Positions 47,597 to 58,311 are shown, counted from the first letter of the stretch. The stretch: DNA of 64,000 nucleotides from Alphaproteobacteria bacterium (GCA_017475605.1 JAFVFD010000005.1:75833-139832), one strand, 5' to 3'. The notes: a model not told the origin generated them from the sequence alone. Program-made: numbers and translations.

Positions 47597-47626
47597 AAAA
47601 CACCACCGCAATTGCGGTGGTGTTTT
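47597..47626 (-). terminator. Rho-independent terminator immediately after rpsK
   Basis: Perfect 15+15 palindrome AAAACACCACCGCAA|TTGCGGTGGTGTTTT, with a T-run on the minus strand. The rpsK stop is at 47649. Confidence 0.6.
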
Positions 47627-47648
47627 AATAACGGCTAATCAATAATGA

Positions 47649-48032
47649 TTACACGCGGCGCACTTTCTTTGGACGGCAACCGTTGTGCGGAATGCGTGTT
47701 GTATCGGTAATAGATTGGACAATTAAACCCGCGTTTGCCAAACCACGCACTGCGGATTCACGACCCTGACCAATACCGCGCATCAAAACATCAACTGTTT
47801 TCATACCCATTTCGGCGACTTTCTTGCCAACCGCATCGGCTACAACCGTTGCCGCATATGGTGTGGACTTTTTCGCGCCCTTAAAATTATTAGCACCCGC
47901 GGTTGCCCATGTTAACACCGCACCCGACGGATCTGTGATTGTGATACGTGTATTGTTATTTGTCGCGACGACATGCGCAATGCCATGCGATACTTTTTTA
48001 ACTACTTTCTTTTTAGCTTTTGTAACTGCCAT
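47649..48032 (-). CDS. rpsK: 30S ribosomal protein S11
   Basis: ...GIAHVVATNNNTRITITDPSGAVLTWATAGANNFKGAKKSTPYAA... 127 aa. Confidence 0.93.
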   Translation of the reverse strand: MAVTKAKKKVVKKVSHGIAHVVATNNNTRITITDPSGAVLTWATAGANNFKGAKKSTPYAATVVADAVGKKVAEMGMKTVDVLMRGIGQGRESAVRGLANAGLIVQSITDTTRIPHNGCRPKKVRRV

Positions 48033-48093
48033 TATTTTTACCTTTTATTTAGATGTCTTCAATTAACTTTCGTGTTAATCTCTACCCAAAATG

Positions 48094-48471
48094 TTATTTA
48101 CCCTTGACCGCGGAACCTGCGACCACAACACGTTTACCCTTACGCGTACGGGCATTGGTTTGTGTACGTTGTCCACGAACCGGCAAACGATTACGGTGGC
48201 GAATACCACGATATGTTTTAAGGTCTTGTAAACGTTTGATGTTCATTGCGACTTCACGACGAACATCACCTTCGACCTTGAAGTTTTGTTCAATATAATT
48301 CGAAATTTTGATAACATCAGCGTCTGTCAAATCTTTCGCGCGCAAACCGTCTTTCAATTTCAACGCTTCACAAATCTTGGCGGCGCGGGCCGGACCAATA
48401 CCATGAATATAGCGCAACGCGATTTCAATGCGTTTTTCTGCTGGAATGTTAACACCTGCTATACGTGCCAT
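48094..48471 (-). CDS. rpsM: 30S ribosomal protein S13
   Basis: [37 protein letters not shown]... 125 aa. Confidence 0.93.
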   Translation of the reverse strand: MARIAGVNIPAEKRIEIALRYIHGIGPARAAKICEALKLKDGLRAKDLTDADVIKISNYIEQNFKVEGDVRREVAMNIKRLQDLKTYRGIRHRNRLPVRGQRTQTNARTRKGKRVVVAGSAVKGK

Positions 48472-48611
48472 TTTTCATTTTCCTTTTTTATTGTCTTTGA
48501 CGCGAAAACGCGCCGTCCTTTTTCACCCATAAAATCTGCCGTCCAGATTTACGAGTTATTCTATTTTGCCGAATTATTCTATATTAAATCCGGCAAAAGT
48601 CAAATCTTGTT

Positions 48612-49931
48612 TTAGTTGCGGAACCGCCCATGACGCTGTGCGTGTCCAACAACACCTGTATATTGCTTTGCCACCAAATACGATTGAACCTGGTTCCACG
48701 TGTCCAGAATAACCCCGGCAACGATTAAAACACTTGTTCCACCGATGGTAAGTGGCATACCCGCGTGTGTATTCAAAATAATTGGCAACACACACACCAC
48801 AATCAAATACAGAACACCTATTGCCGTTGTGCGCGATACAACATCATCCAAATATTTGATTGTCTGTTCACCCGGACGAACACCTGGGATATATCCACCC
48901 ATATTTTTAAGGTTCGTACTTGTTTCTTCGGAATTAAATACAACAGCGGTCTGGAAATACGCAAAGAACGCAATTAAAACCGTATACAAAATAATATACG
49001 ACCATGCCCCGTATGTAAAGAATCCCAACACCTGCTGAACGAACAAGTTTTCACTTTGAACGAAACGTTGTACAAATGCCGGTAACATCATAATAGATGC
49101 CGCAAACACAGGCCCCATAACACCTGACATATTAACCTTAATCGGCAAATAAGATGCGTTCGTATTCATAACGCCGTTGGACATAACCTGGCGCGGATAC
49201 AAAATTTGAATACGACGTTGTGCCTGTTCAAAGAATGCGATTAATGCGATAATACCAACAACGAATACAACCGTAAGTGCAATCATCGCAGGCGACATCT
49301 GACCAACGGAACCCAAACTAAATAACTTGCCAACACCACTTGGAATCTGGGCAACGATACCAGCAAAGATAAGAAGTGATGCACCCTGACCCACACCACG
49401 TGCGGTAATCTGTTCCGCCAACCACATAACGAATACGGTACCACCAACCAACGCAATAATAGCCGATAATTCAAATGCGAACCCTGGGTTCACAACCGCG
49501 GCAACACCATTGACCGGCGCCATAGATTCCAAACCACGAACAACCGCCCAACCCTGAACGACCGCTAAAAACACCGCCAAATAACGTGTATATTGGTTGA
49601 TTTTGATACGACCAGATTCACCTTCTTTGCGCAAATCATTCAGGTTTTTACTTGTTGCGGTTAACAACTGTAAAACGATAGATGCTGAAATATATGGGAA
49701 AATATTTAATGCCAAAACCGACATACGCGACAGTGAACCGCCACTGAACATATCGAACATTCCCATCATGCCACTGCCTTCACCATTGAAAAGGTGCAAA
49801 ATCGCAGATGCATTTACCCCCGGTAATGGAATAAAAGAACCGATACGATACACAATCAATGCCCCCAATGTGAACATGATGCGTTTTTGTAAATCAGTCA
49901 AATTTCCAAAATATTTTTTCAAGAGTTTCAT
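48612..49931 (-). CDS. secY: Preprotein translocase subunit SecY
   Basis: 439 aa polytopic membrane protein, ...RIMFTLGALIVYRIGSFIPLPGV..., in the conserved position after rplO. Confidence 0.9.
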   Translation of the reverse strand: MKLLKKYFGNLTDLQKRIMFTLGALIVYRIGSFIPLPGVNASAILHLFNGEGSGMMGMFDMFSGGSLSRMSVLALNIFPYISASIVLQLLTATSKNLNDLRKEGESGRIKINQYTRYLAVFLAVVQGWAVVRGLESMAPVNGVAAVVNPGFAFELSAIIALVGGTVFVMWLAEQITARGVGQGASLLIFAGIVAQIPSGVGKLFSLGSVGQMSPAMIALTVVFVVGIIALIAFFEQAQRRIQILYPRQVMSNGVMNTNASYLPIKVNMSGVMGPVFAASIMMLPAFVQRFVQSENLFVQQVLGFFTYGAWSYIILYTVLIAFFAYFQTAVVFNSEETSTNLKNMGGYIPGVRPGEQTIKYLDDVVSRTTAIGVLYLIVVCVLPIILNTHAGMPLTIGGTSVLIVAGVILDTWNQVQSYLVAKQYTGVVGHAQRHGRFRN

Positions 49932-49987
49932 TGCGCTAAGATTTTAACCAGTTATGCGCATCCGGTTTCCCGAATGCGCAAGTTAGA

Positions 49988-50446
49988 TTATTTGTTTTTA
50001 ATAGAACCGCCGGCTTTTACAATTGCGGCTTCGGCTGCCTTGGACCATTTGTCCGCAACAACGTTAATCGCAGATTTGATTTCGCCCTTGGCCAAAATCT
50101 TCAAACCATCCATTTCACGATTGATGATTTTTGCAGCCATCAATGATTCCATTGTGATTGCTTTGCCTGCATCAATTTTACCCGATGCGATAAACTTTTC
50201 AATATCGCCAAGGTTGATTGTTGCATATTCCTTGTGGAATGGATTTTGGAATCCAAACTTTGGGAAACGACGCAAAATCGGCATCTGACCACCCTGGAAA
50301 GTGGCTTGTTTGCGGGAACCCGCACGTGCCTTTTGACCCTTGGTACCACGACCGGCTGTTTTTCCATAGCCCGATGCCATACCACGACCAACGCGTTTGA
50401 CATCGCTGCGTGCACCAAAATTATCCATCAATGCATTTAATTTCAT
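49988..50446 (-). CDS. rplO: 50S ribosomal protein L15
   Basis: MKLNALMDNFGARSDVKRVGRGMASGYGKTAGRGTKGQKARAG... Confidence 0.9.
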   Translation of the reverse strand: MKLNALMDNFGARSDVKRVGRGMASGYGKTAGRGTKGQKARAGSRKQATFQGGQMPILRRFPKFGFQNPFHKEYATINLGDIEKFIASGKIDAGKAITMESLMAAKIINREMDGLKILAKGEIKSAINVVADKWSKAAEAAIVKAGGSIKNK

Positions 50447-50528
50447 TTCTTTTTCCTTTTAGTCCTACGAACCTTATATAGTTCTTTGTCGCACATAAAC
50501 AAGAGTTTACGTACTCGGTTTTACTTTA

Positions 50529-50709
50529 TTTATTTTTCAACGATTTCGACCAAGTGTGCAACGCGTGCGACCATGCCACGCACTGCTGGTGTGTCGTTGA
50601 TTTCACGTGTTTTGCCAATGCGGCCCAAGCCCAATGCTAAAACAATTTTGCGTTGTGCTTCTGGACGATGAATCAAACCACGTGTTTGTTTTACGATAAT
50701 CTTTGCCAT
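50529..50709 (-). CDS. rpmD: 50S ribosomal protein L30; reading frame disrupted by an apparent 1-nt insertion near 50580-50581 (as sequenced)
   Basis: The minus-strand ATG at 50707-50709 gives MAKIIVKQTRGLIHRPEAQRKIVLALGLGRIGKTREINDTPAV, a strong match to L30. After that the frame shifts. Deleting one C in CCACGCCACTGC (50577-50588) restores RGMVARVAHLVEIVEK* (E. coli [20 protein letters not shown]). As given, the ORF terminates at TGA 50536-50538 with an aberrant 14-aa tail. Not in the ORF track (under 60 aa). Confidence 0.6.
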
Positions 50710-50729
50710 CTGAACACCTCTGCGTCTTA

Positions 50730-51287
50730 TTATTCTGCGGCTTCTGCGTTTTCTTCAAACTTTTTACCGTCGCGACCGGCGATAATTTCAGAAACAGATT
50801 TACCACGACGCGCGGCAACTGTCTTTGGCGAATTCATTTTAGAAAAAGCCAAGAATGCTGCACGAACCATGTTGTTTGGATTGTTGGAACCCTGGGACTT
50901 AACAACAACGTCCTGGACACCCAAGCATTCAAACACCGCACGCAACGCACCACCGGCAATAATACCAGTACCTGGAACAGCACTGCGTACAACCAAGCGA
51001 GATGCACCATATCTGGATTCGATATCGTGATGTAATGTGCGTCCTTCTTTCAATGGAACGCGAATCATTTTCGCTTTTGCGGCCTTGGTTGCCTTCTGCA
51101 CAGCAGCCTGGACTTCCAATGCTTTACCTTTGCCGAAACCAACACGACCAGCCTTGTCCCCGACCACAACCAGGGCCGAGAAAGACATATTTTTACCACC
51201 TTTAACAGTCTTGGATACGCGGTTGATAGAAACCAATTTATCTACCAAGTTATCCGTCTGTAATTTTTTATCATCAAAACGTGCCAT
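50730..51287 (-). CDS. rpsE: 30S ribosomal protein S5
   Basis: ...[38 protein letters not shown]... Confidence 0.93.
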   Translation of the reverse strand: MARFDDKKLQTDNLVDKLVSINRVSKTVKGGKNMSFSALVVVGDKAGRVGFGKGKALEVQAAVQKATKAAKAKMIRVPLKEGRTLHHDIESRYGASRLVVRSAVPGTGIIAGGALRAVFECLGVQDVVVKSQGSNNPNNMVRAAFLAFSKMNSPKTVAARRGKSVSEIIAGRDGKKFEENAEAAE

Positions 51288-51310
51288 TTATATACTCCGT
51301 TTAATTTGAA

Positions 51311-51667
51311 TTAGATTCTAACGCCACCGGCGCGGATTGCTTCGCACAGTGCTTTTACACGACCATGATAGCGATAACCGCCACGATCGAAATAACAATT
51401 ATCAGCCAATTTAGCCTTTACCAAACGTTCAGCAAATGCTTTACCGACCAATTCTGCGCCTGCAACATTCCAGCCTTTTCCTGCGAAGCCTTTTTCCTTG
51501 CTTGATGCCGCACACAGTGTATGACCATGCACATCATCAATCGCCTGGATTTCAATATGACGACCAGAACGGAAGACTGACAAACGAATCTTGCCAGGAT
51601 TTTTTCTTTTTAACGCACCGCGATTTGCGATTGTGCGTCTTTCTTCAGTAGACAAATGTTTTAACAT
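51311..51667 (-). CDS. rplR: 50S ribosomal protein L18
   Basis: 118 aa, ...RLSVFRSGRHIEIQAIDDVHGHTLCAASS..., in the conserved spc-operon position. Confidence 0.9.
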   Translation of the reverse strand: MLKHLSTEERRTIANRGALKRKNPGKIRLSVFRSGRHIEIQAIDDVHGHTLCAASSKEKGFAGKGWNVAGAELVGKAFAERLVKAKLADNCYFDRGGYRYHGRVKALCEAIRAGGVRI

Positions 51668-51714
51668 TTCGTTTCCTTTTTTCCCATCCCCGTAACAGCG
51701 GAGAAGATTATTTA

Positions 51715-52266
51715 TTATTTCTTTTTACCTTCTTTGTGGCGGATTGTTTCGCCCTTATAGAAGATGCCCTTGCCCTTGTACGGGTCTGCTTTACGAACTT
51801 TGTGAATCTTGTCAGCAAACAAACCAACCGCACATTTATCGATTCCACGAATTGTGAATTCTGTTGGTGTGCCACCGATTTCAACGGTCAGGCCAGCCGG
51901 TATTTCCATAACAACATCATGGGAATAACCAGCAACCAAAACCAATTTATTGCCAGATACAGATGCCTTGTAACCAACACCTTTCATGTACATTTCTTTG
52001 GCAAAACCGTTTGTAACACCCAATGCCGCATTACGAATATTGCGTGTCATTGTGCCCCACATAGCGCGGGATGTTTTGTCTGCATCATCTTTTGGTGTAA
52101 CAACAACCTGCCCTGCTTCGACCTTGATATCGACCAGGCTGGCATTTTTTGTATCAACTGGAACCTTCAATTCACCCTTTGGGCCCTTGATAACAATTGC
52201 GTTATCGACAACAGCCGCTGTAACGCCATCCGTTAATTTTACTGGATATTTTCCTGCACGAGACAT
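51715..52266 (-). CDS. rplF: 50S ribosomal protein L6
   Basis: MSRAGKYPVKLTDGVTAAVVDNAIVIKGPKGEL... Confidence 0.93.
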   Translation of the reverse strand: MSRAGKYPVKLTDGVTAAVVDNAIVIKGPKGELKVPVDTKNASLVDIKVEAGQVVVTPKDDADKTSRAMWGTMTRNIRNAALGVTNGFAKEMYMKGVGYKASVSGNKLVLVAGYSHDVVMEIPAGLTVEIGGTPTEFTIRGIDKCAVGLFADKIHKVRKADPYKGKGIFYKGETIRHKEGKKK

Positions 52267-52288
52267 AACTTAATCCTTCTGCTTTTAA

Positions 52289-52687
52289 TTATATAACCTT
52301 GCACAATACTTCGCCGCCAACATTCATAAGGCGCGCTTTGTGATCAGTCATGACACCGTTTGGCGTTGAAACAATCGCGATACCCAGGCCATTTAAAACC
52401 TTTGGCATTTTCGCGCTGCCGGAATATACACGACGGCCCGGTTTTGACACGACAGAAATTTCTTGGATTGCACCGTTGCCATTAACATATTTCAATTCAA
52501 TGACCAAATTTGAACGGTGTTCATCAATTTTTTCTTGACGGAAATCGGTAATAAAACCTTCTTCCTTTAATACATTCAGAACTGCTGCACGCAGTTTGCT
52601 GTTTGGAACGGTGACTGTTTCTTTACCCGCAACTTGACCATTACGGATGCGTGTTAACATGTCTCCGATTGGGTGTGATAATGACAT
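52289..52687 (-). CDS. rpsH: 30S ribosomal protein S8
   Basis: MSLSHPIGDMLTRIRNGQVAGKETVTVPNSKL... Confidence 0.93.
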   Translation of the reverse strand: MSLSHPIGDMLTRIRNGQVAGKETVTVPNSKLRAAVLNVLKEEGFITDFRQEKIDEHRSNLVIELKYVNGNGAIQEISVVSKPGRRVYSGSAKMPKVLNGLGIAIVSTPNGVMTDHKARLMNVGGEVLCKVI

Positions 52688-52773
52688 CTTTTGTTACTCC
52701 TTCTCTGTGGGCAAGCCCACATTTCTGGCCCAGCTGCATTGTCCACAACTGGGGTTTATGTTATCAGTTGATT

Positions 52774-53076
52774 TTACCAACTGGATTTACGAACACCTGG
52801 CAATTTCCCTTCGGATGCCTGGGTGCGAACTTGCTGGCGGCAAAGACCGAACATACGGGAATACCCGCGTGAACGTCCCGTTACCGAACAACGATTGCGC
52901 AAACGTGTTGGGTTCGCGTTACGTGGCAACTTCGCCAATTTTTTCATCGCGTCCATGCGTTCATCTGGTGTTGCATTGACGGACATTTTTTCCTTGATCG
53001 CTTCGCGCTTTTTTGCATATTTTGCGACCAATACTTCACGTCTTTTTTGTTTGTTTATCAACGCTAATTTAGCCAT
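52774..53076 (-). CDS. rpsN: 30S ribosomal protein S14
   Basis: MAKLALINKQKRREVLVAKYAKKR...RNRCSVTGRSRGYSRMFGLCRQ... Confidence 0.93.
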   Translation of the reverse strand: MAKLALINKQKRREVLVAKYAKKREAIKEKMSVNATPDERMDAMKKLAKLPRNANPTRLRNRCSVTGRSRGYSRMFGLCRQQVRTQASEGKLPGVRKSSW

Positions 53077-53092
53077 TTTTATACCTTTTTAA

Positions 53093-53638
53093 TTATTTCA
53101 AAACCAAAGGCAAGCCGATTTTGGTCAGCAATGCACGTGCTTCATCATCTGTTTTCGCAGTTGTCGCGATAACGATATCCATACCGCGAATTGCGTCAAT
53201 TTTATCCACAGAAATTTCTGGGAAAATCAGATGTTCTTTGATACCAAACGCATAGTTTCCACGTCCGTCAAATTTAGATTTTGACAAACCACGAAAGTCC
53301 TTTACACGCGGTAACGCGACTGTGATTAATTTATCCAAGAAATCATACATTCTTTTGCCGCGCAATGTAACCTTGGTACCAATGGCCTGACCTTCGCGCA
53401 GACGATATGTCGCAATTGACTTTTTCGCATGTGTGATAACCGACTTTTGTGCAGCAATAGCGGTCAAATCAGCCGCCGCCGCATCCAATTTCTTTTTATC
53501 AGAAACCGCTTCGCCGACACCCATGTTCAAAACAATCTTTGACAATTTTGGCACGGCCAGCGCATTTGTGTACCCGAATTCTTTAACTAATTCAGGAACA
53601 ATCTGTTTTTCATATATTTCACGCAATCTGCTTTGCAT
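53093..53638 (-). CDS. rplE: 50S ribosomal protein L5
   Basis: [44 protein letters not shown]... Confidence 0.93.
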   Translation of the reverse strand: MQSRLREIYEKQIVPELVKEFGYTNALAVPKLSKIVLNMGVGEAVSDKKKLDAAAADLTAIAAQKSVITHAKKSIATYRLREGQAIGTKVTLRGKRMYDFLDKLITVALPRVKDFRGLSKSKFDGRGNYAFGIKEHLIFPEISVDKIDAIRGMDIVIATTAKTDDEARALLTKIGLPLVLK

Positions 53639-53686
53639 TTTTTTATTCCTTAACGTTTTGTTTCCGTAACAGCGGAAACCGATTTA

Positions 53687-53989
53687 TTATAATTCCGCCC
53701 CAGACTTCTTGGCGATACGAACCTTTTTATCACCCGAAACCTTGTATCCAACGCGCGTTGCCTTCTTGGTCTTTGGATCAACCAATGCAACATTAGATAC
53801 ATGTACAGGTGCTTCGCGATCAACAATATGACCCGGTGTATCCTGGGTTGGTTTCACATGCCATTTATGACGGTTTACACCTTCTACAACAACACGTGAT
53901 TCAGATGGGCGCGCTTCCAGCACTTTGCCTTTGACGCCCTTGTATTTTCCTGAAATAACTACGACTTCATCGCCTTTCTTAATTTTCAT
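53687..53989 (-). CDS. rplX: 50S ribosomal protein L24
   Basis: [24 protein letters not shown]... Confidence 0.93.
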   Translation of the reverse strand: MKIKKGDEVVVISGKYKGVKGKVLEARPSESRVVVEGVNRHKWHVKPTQDTPGHIVDREAPVHVSNVALVDPKTKKATRVGYKVSGDKKVRIAKKSGAEL

Positions 53990-54019
53990 TTTGTAGCCTT
54001 TTATTTATTCTGGACGCCA

Positions 54020-54394
54020 TTACAAAACTTCTGGTGCCAAAGACACGATTTTCTGAACATCGTATTTACGACGAACTTCACGTGCGATTGGGCCAAAGAT
54101 ACGTGTTCCAATTGGTTCAAAGTTGTTTTTGTTAATCAAAACAACTGCGTTATCATCAAAACGGATGATAGAACCATCTGGACGTTTGATTGGGAATTTT
54201 GTACGAACGATAATAGCACGTTGTACAGTCCCCTTTTGAACCTTGCCACGTGGAATGGCTTCTTTGATGGCGACGACGATTTTGTCGCCGACTGTTGCGT
54301 AACGACGATGAGAACCGCCCAACACCTTGATGCACATTGCTTTACGTGCACCGCTGTTGTCTGCAACTGTCATAACTGTTTCATTTTGAATCAT
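54020..54394 (-). CDS. rplN: 50S ribosomal protein L14
   Basis: [40 protein letters not shown]... Start taken at MIQ rather than the upstream tool start at 54424. Confidence 0.93.
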   Translation of the reverse strand: MIQNETVMTVADNSGARKAMCIKVLGGSHRRYATVGDKIVVAIKEAIPRGKVQKGTVQRAIIVRTKFPIKRPDGSIIRFDDNAVVLINKNNFEPIGTRIFGPIAREVRRKYDVQKIVSLAPEVL

Positions 54395-54491
54395 TTTTTT
54401 ACCCTTTTCCTGCGAATGGGGCAATCCCCCACCGCTTTGTTTCTGGGTTCCGACTGGGTTTTACCCCCTCAAAGAACCCGATTACACAATC

Positions 54492-54761
54492 TTAGTCAAT
54501 AACTTCGACTTCACCGTCTTTTGAAACACCAACGCGTCCCTTTACAACCCAAGTTTTTGTCTTGGAAATTGGACGATGTTCTTCGATTGCGACGATTTCA
54601 CCAACTTTGTATTCGTTGTTTTCATCGTGTGCTTTATACTTTTTGTTCTGCTTCACGAACTTACCATACAGCGGATGACGGAAACGACGTTCCACTTCGA
54701 CAACGACAGTTTTGTCGTTTGCTGTACTTTTTACGGTTCCTTGCAGTATACGTTTTGGCAT
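54492..54761 (-). CDS. rpsQ: 30S ribosomal protein S17
   Basis: [35 protein letters not shown]... Confidence 0.93.
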   Translation of the reverse strand: MPKRILQGTVKSTANDKTVVVEVERRFRHPLYGKFVKQNKKYKAHDENNEYKVGEIVAIEEHRPISKTKTWVVKGRVGVSKDGEVEVID

Positions 54762-54855
54762 AACTATTGTCCCTTAACTTGTTACTTGTTTTTCTAACCG
54801 ATTTTCGCCTATGATACCTTATTTTTTAGAAATCTCAACAAAAATCGGTATGTTC

Positions 54856-55047
54856 TTATTTTGCAGCGTTCAATTTTGTTTTAACGCGCGCAATTTCCCG
54901 ACGAGTTTGACGCATAACATGCGTTTTCGGCAATTGGCCTGCTTCGTGTTGGAAACGTTGGTTCATTTGTTCTTTTTTCAAATCAACCAATTTGCTTTCC
55001 AAAGCTTCCTTGGTCAATGCTGCTTTTTCTTGTTTCTTTTCTGCCAT
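54856..55047 (-). CDS. rpmC: 50S ribosomal protein L29
   Basis: 63 aa, [33 protein letters not shown]... Confidence 0.9.
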   Translation of the reverse strand: MAEKKQEKAALTKEALESKLVDLKKEQMNQRFQHEAGQLPKTHVMRQTRREIARVKTKLNAAK

Positions 55048-55075
55048 CTTTTTTACCTTTTGCTTTGGATTTTAA

Positions 55076-55489
55076 TTAGTTAACTTTACGTTCAACAACT
55101 TTGGTTTTAACTGGCAATTTCGCCGATGCCAACGCGAATGCTTCATATGCGATTTCTGGTTTAACACCGTCAATTTCGAACATGATGCGACCCGGTTTTA
55201 CGCGGCAAATCCAGTATTCAACCGCACCTTTACCTTTACCCATACGAACCTGGGCAGGCTTGGTTGTAACAGGAACATCTGGGAAAATACGAATCCATAA
55301 TTTACCCATACGTTTCATATGACGAGTAATCGCACGACGCGCGGCTTCGATTTGACGCGCTGTGATGCGTTCTGGTGTCATGGCTTTCAGTCCAAACGAA
55401 CCGAACGCCAATTCGCTGCCGCCCTTGGCTGCGCCATGGATACGGCCTTTCTGCTGTTTGCGAAACTTTGTTTTATTTGGCATTAACAT
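55076..55489 (-). CDS. rplP: 50S ribosomal protein L16
   Basis: [36 protein letters not shown]... Confidence 0.93.
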   Translation of the reverse strand: MLMPNKTKFRKQQKGRIHGAAKGGSELAFGSFGLKAMTPERITARQIEAARRAITRHMKRMGKLWIRIFPDVPVTTKPAQVRMGKGKGAVEYWICRVKPGRIMFEIDGVKPEIAYEAFALASAKLPVKTKVVERKVN

Positions 55490-55520
55490 GGTACAAATCC
55501 TCTATTCTGTTTGTTTAGAC

Positions 55521-56222
55521 TTATTTGCTTTTTCTTTCGCTGCTGCCGGCATATTCGGTGGGTCTCGCCATTTCCGAAGCCAACTTTTCTTTATTCACGA
55601 CATCACCTGTGTAAATCCAAACTTTAACCCCAACAACACCATATGTTGTTTTTGCCTGGATTGCTGCATAGTCAATGTCCGCACGCAATGTGTGCAATGG
55701 AATACGGCCTTCGCGAATCTGTTCGCTACGTGCAATTTCGGCACCATTCAAACGACCGCTGCACATAACTTTGATACCTTGGGCCCCTGCTTTCTGGGCA
55801 TTTTGAATTGCTTTCTTCATTGCGCGTTTGAACGAAACACGACCTTCGATTTGTTGCGCGATGCCCTGGGCAACCAATTGCGCGTTCAAATCAGGACGGC
55901 GAACTTCGTAAATATTAACGACAACTTGGTCATTTTTAACCAATTTTTTGATGTCGTTACGCAATGTTTCAATATCTGCACCGTTTTTACCGATAATCAT
56001 ACCCGGACGCGATGTGTGAACGGTTACAACTACCTTCTTGGCAAAGCGTTCAATAACAACCTTGGCCAAACCGGCTTTCTTTAATTTTTTAGTAATGAAT
56101 GCGCGGATTTCGTTATCTTCTGCTAACAATTTAGCATAGTCTTTCTTACCGGCAATCCAACGGGAATCTGTTACTTTGTTAATTCCCAGACGCTGTGAAA
56201 TTGGCGATACTTTCTGTCCCAT
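55521..56222 (-). CDS. rpsC: 30S ribosomal protein S3
   Basis: MGQKVSPISQRLGINKVTDSRWIAGKKDYAKLL... Confidence 0.93.
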   Translation of the reverse strand: MGQKVSPISQRLGINKVTDSRWIAGKKDYAKLLAEDNEIRAFITKKLKKAGLAKVVIERFAKKVVVTVHTSRPGMIIGKNGADIETLRNDIKKLVKNDQVVVNIYEVRRPDLNAQLVAQGIAQQIEGRVSFKRAMKKAIQNAQKAGAQGIKVMCSGRLNGAEIARSEQIREGRIPLHTLRADIDYAAIQAKTTYGVVGVKVWIYTGDVVNKEKLASEMARPTEYAGSSERKSK

Positions 56223-56307
56223 TTCTTATTTCCTTGGTTTGTGGTTCGTGTTCTTGAAGCGTTCGCTTTATTCAGGGTTGCCCCTTACCACGTTCCACTG
56301 TTCTTTT

Positions 56308-56733
56308 TTATTTTGTTGTTTTTTTAGTTTCTTTTTTTGTTTCCGTTTTTTTGGCCTTTTTAGAAGGAGCCACGCCCGATTCCAACACGATGGTCAGATT
56401 CGAAAATGGTTTCAAAATTGGACGTGCGCTGCCGCGTGGTCCGGCCATAATACGTTTCATGGTCAATGCCTTGCCGCACCAGATTTCTTTGACGAACAAA
56501 GAATCTGCTGGCAAATTTTTATTGTTTTCTGCATTTGCAATTGCAGACAACAATGTTTTCAGCACTTCATCAGAAACGCGTTTTTTCGAAAACTTTAATA
56601 CATCAATCGCACGATCAACCGGCAATCCGCGAACCATATCGCACACCAGGTTTAATTTCTGATGGCTTACGCGAATCATTTTGTTAAACGCGCGAACTTG
56701 ATTTTCTTTGATTCCATATCTTGTCGTTGTCAT
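56308..56733 (-). CDS. rplV: 50S ribosomal protein L22 (Lys-rich C-terminal tail)
   Basis: ...ARPILKPFSNLTIVLESG... followed by the tail PSKKAKKTETKKETKKTTK. Confidence 0.9.
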   Translation of the reverse strand: MTTTRYGIKENQVRAFNKMIRVSHQKLNLVCDMVRGLPVDRAIDVLKFSKKRVSDEVLKTLLSAIANAENNKNLPADSLFVKEIWCGKALTMKRIMAGPRGSARPILKPFSNLTIVLESGVAPSKKAKKTETKKETKKTTK

Positions 56734-56760
56734 AACTGTACCTACCTTTATATGAAATTA

Positions 56761-57048
56761 TTATTTCTTAGCCGCTGCGGCTTTCTTGTTCGCTGCGTGC
56801 CCTTTGAAGGTGCGAGTTGGTGCAAATTCACCCAATTTGTGTCCAATCATATCTTCTACGATTGCAACAGGAATGAATTTGTTACCATTGTGAACTTCAA
56901 AAGTCAATCCCACCATTGGCGGCACGATTGTGCTGCCACGGGACCATGTTTTAATTGGTTTACGGTCATCATTTGCATTCGCAGCCGCAGTCTTTTTCAA
57001 GACAGACGGATGAACATAAGGACCTTTCCATACTGAACGAGACATCAT
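56761..57048 (-). CDS. rpsS: 30S ribosomal protein S19
   Basis: [19 protein letters not shown]...[16 protein letters not shown]... Confidence 0.93.
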   Translation of the reverse strand: MMSRSVWKGPYVHPSVLKKTAAANANDDRKPIKTWSRGSTIVPPMVGLTFEVHNGNKFIPVAIVEDMIGHKLGEFAPTRTFKGHAANKKAAAAKK

Positions 57049-57070
57049 TTACTCCGTTTTTTATTTCTTA

Positions 57071-57904
57071 TTATTTTTTCTTTGCCAAATGTCTGCTACG
57101 GATAATCATCTTAGCAGTACGTTTATTGCTACGGGTACGATATCCCTTGGCCGGAATACCTGTACGTGATACCGGTTCGTGGCCCTTAGAATGACCATTA
57201 CCACCACCCATCGGGTGATCGTTCGGGTTCATTGCCATACCGCGGACAGATGGACGGATACCCAACCAACGTGCGCGACCAGCCTTGCCCAAATTGACGT
57301 TGCGTTGATCCGGGTTGGAAACGCTGCCAACTGTGGCAAAACAATCGGAATGAACTTTACGCAACTCGCCGCTGTTCATTTTAATCTGTGCATAAACGCC
57401 GTCTTTACCCATCAATTGAGCATAGCAACCTGCACTACGGGCCAATTGACCACCAGCGCCCGGTTTCAATTCAACGTTATGAACGATTGTACCGATTGGC
57501 ATATTTTTCAATGGCATCGCATTACCTGGTTTGATGTCTTCACGTTCGCCGGAAATAACGACATCACCGACCTTTAAATCACGTGGTGCCAAAATGTACG
57601 AACGAATACCATCTTTGTATTCAATCAATGCGATGAATGCTGTACGATTAGGATCGTATTCCAAACGCAACACAGTTGCTGGAACATCCATTTTTTTACG
57701 TTTAAAATCAATCAAACGATATGTACGTTTGTGGCCACCACCCTGATGCATAACGGTTACATGACCAAAATTATTGCGCCCACCATGGGACTTGATACCG
57801 ACTGTCAAAGCCTTTTCTGGCGCGCCGCGATAAAGTTCACTGCGATCGACCTGGGTCAAACCACGTGTACCTGCGGTTGTCGGTTTGTAATGCTTTAATG
57901 CCAT
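57071..57904 (-). CDS. rplB: 50S ribosomal protein L2
   Basis: 277 aa, ...[28 protein letters not shown]... Confidence 0.93.
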   Translation of the reverse strand: MALKHYKPTTAGTRGLTQVDRSELYRGAPEKALTVGIKSHGGRNNFGHVTVMHQGGGHKRTYRLIDFKRKKMDVPATVLRLEYDPNRTAFIALIEYKDGIRSYILAPRDLKVGDVVISGEREDIKPGNAMPLKNMPIGTIVHNVELKPGAGGQLARSAGCYAQLMGKDGVYAQIKMNSGELRKVHSDCFATVGSVSNPDQRNVNLGKAGRARWLGIRPSVRGMAMNPNDHPMGGGNGHSKGHEPVSRTGIPAKGYRTRSNKRTAKMIIRSRHLAKKK

Positions 57905-57975
57905 TTTTTACTACCTTTGTTTGCCATAACAATAACGTCCAAAAATATGGATTCTCTGTTATGGCGGTTAATTAA

Positions 57976-58311
57976 TTATTGTACGTTTGCAGACAGATCC
58001 AATTTCGCATCTGCTGGCAATGTAACATACGCTTTTTTAACAGTGCGCTGTGTACCGCTGCTGCGACCACGGAAAGATTTTACTTTGCCTTTCACAACAA
58101 CAATGTTAATCTTTGTGGGCTTAACATTATATATCGCTTCGACGGCTTGTGCAACATCTTCTTTTGTCGCTTTTGCTGCAACTTCGAACGCAACACCATT
58201 CATTTCAGACAGTTTTGCTGCCTTTTCCGAGATTATCGGGCGACGCAGTACATCAAAAGCACCGGCGGTCGCAACGATTTTCTTTTCTGAATTAACTTTC
58301 TTTTCTGCCAT
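57976..58311 (-). CDS. rplW: 50S ribosomal protein L23
   Basis: ...DVLRRPIISEKAAKLSEMNGVAFEVAAKATKEDVAQAVEAIYNVKP... Confidence 0.9.
   Translation of the reverse strand: MAEKKVNSEKKIVATAGAFDVLRRPIISEKAAKLSEMNGVAFEVAAKATKEDVAQAVEAIYNVKPTKINIVVVKGKVKSFRGRSSGTQRTVKKAYVTLPADAKLDLSANVQ

Noticed and set aside
47508-47600. A sigma70 promoter for the RM operon
   Set aside because: Only a weak TTGTAG-17-TATAGT candidate was found. It was not reported as a feature.
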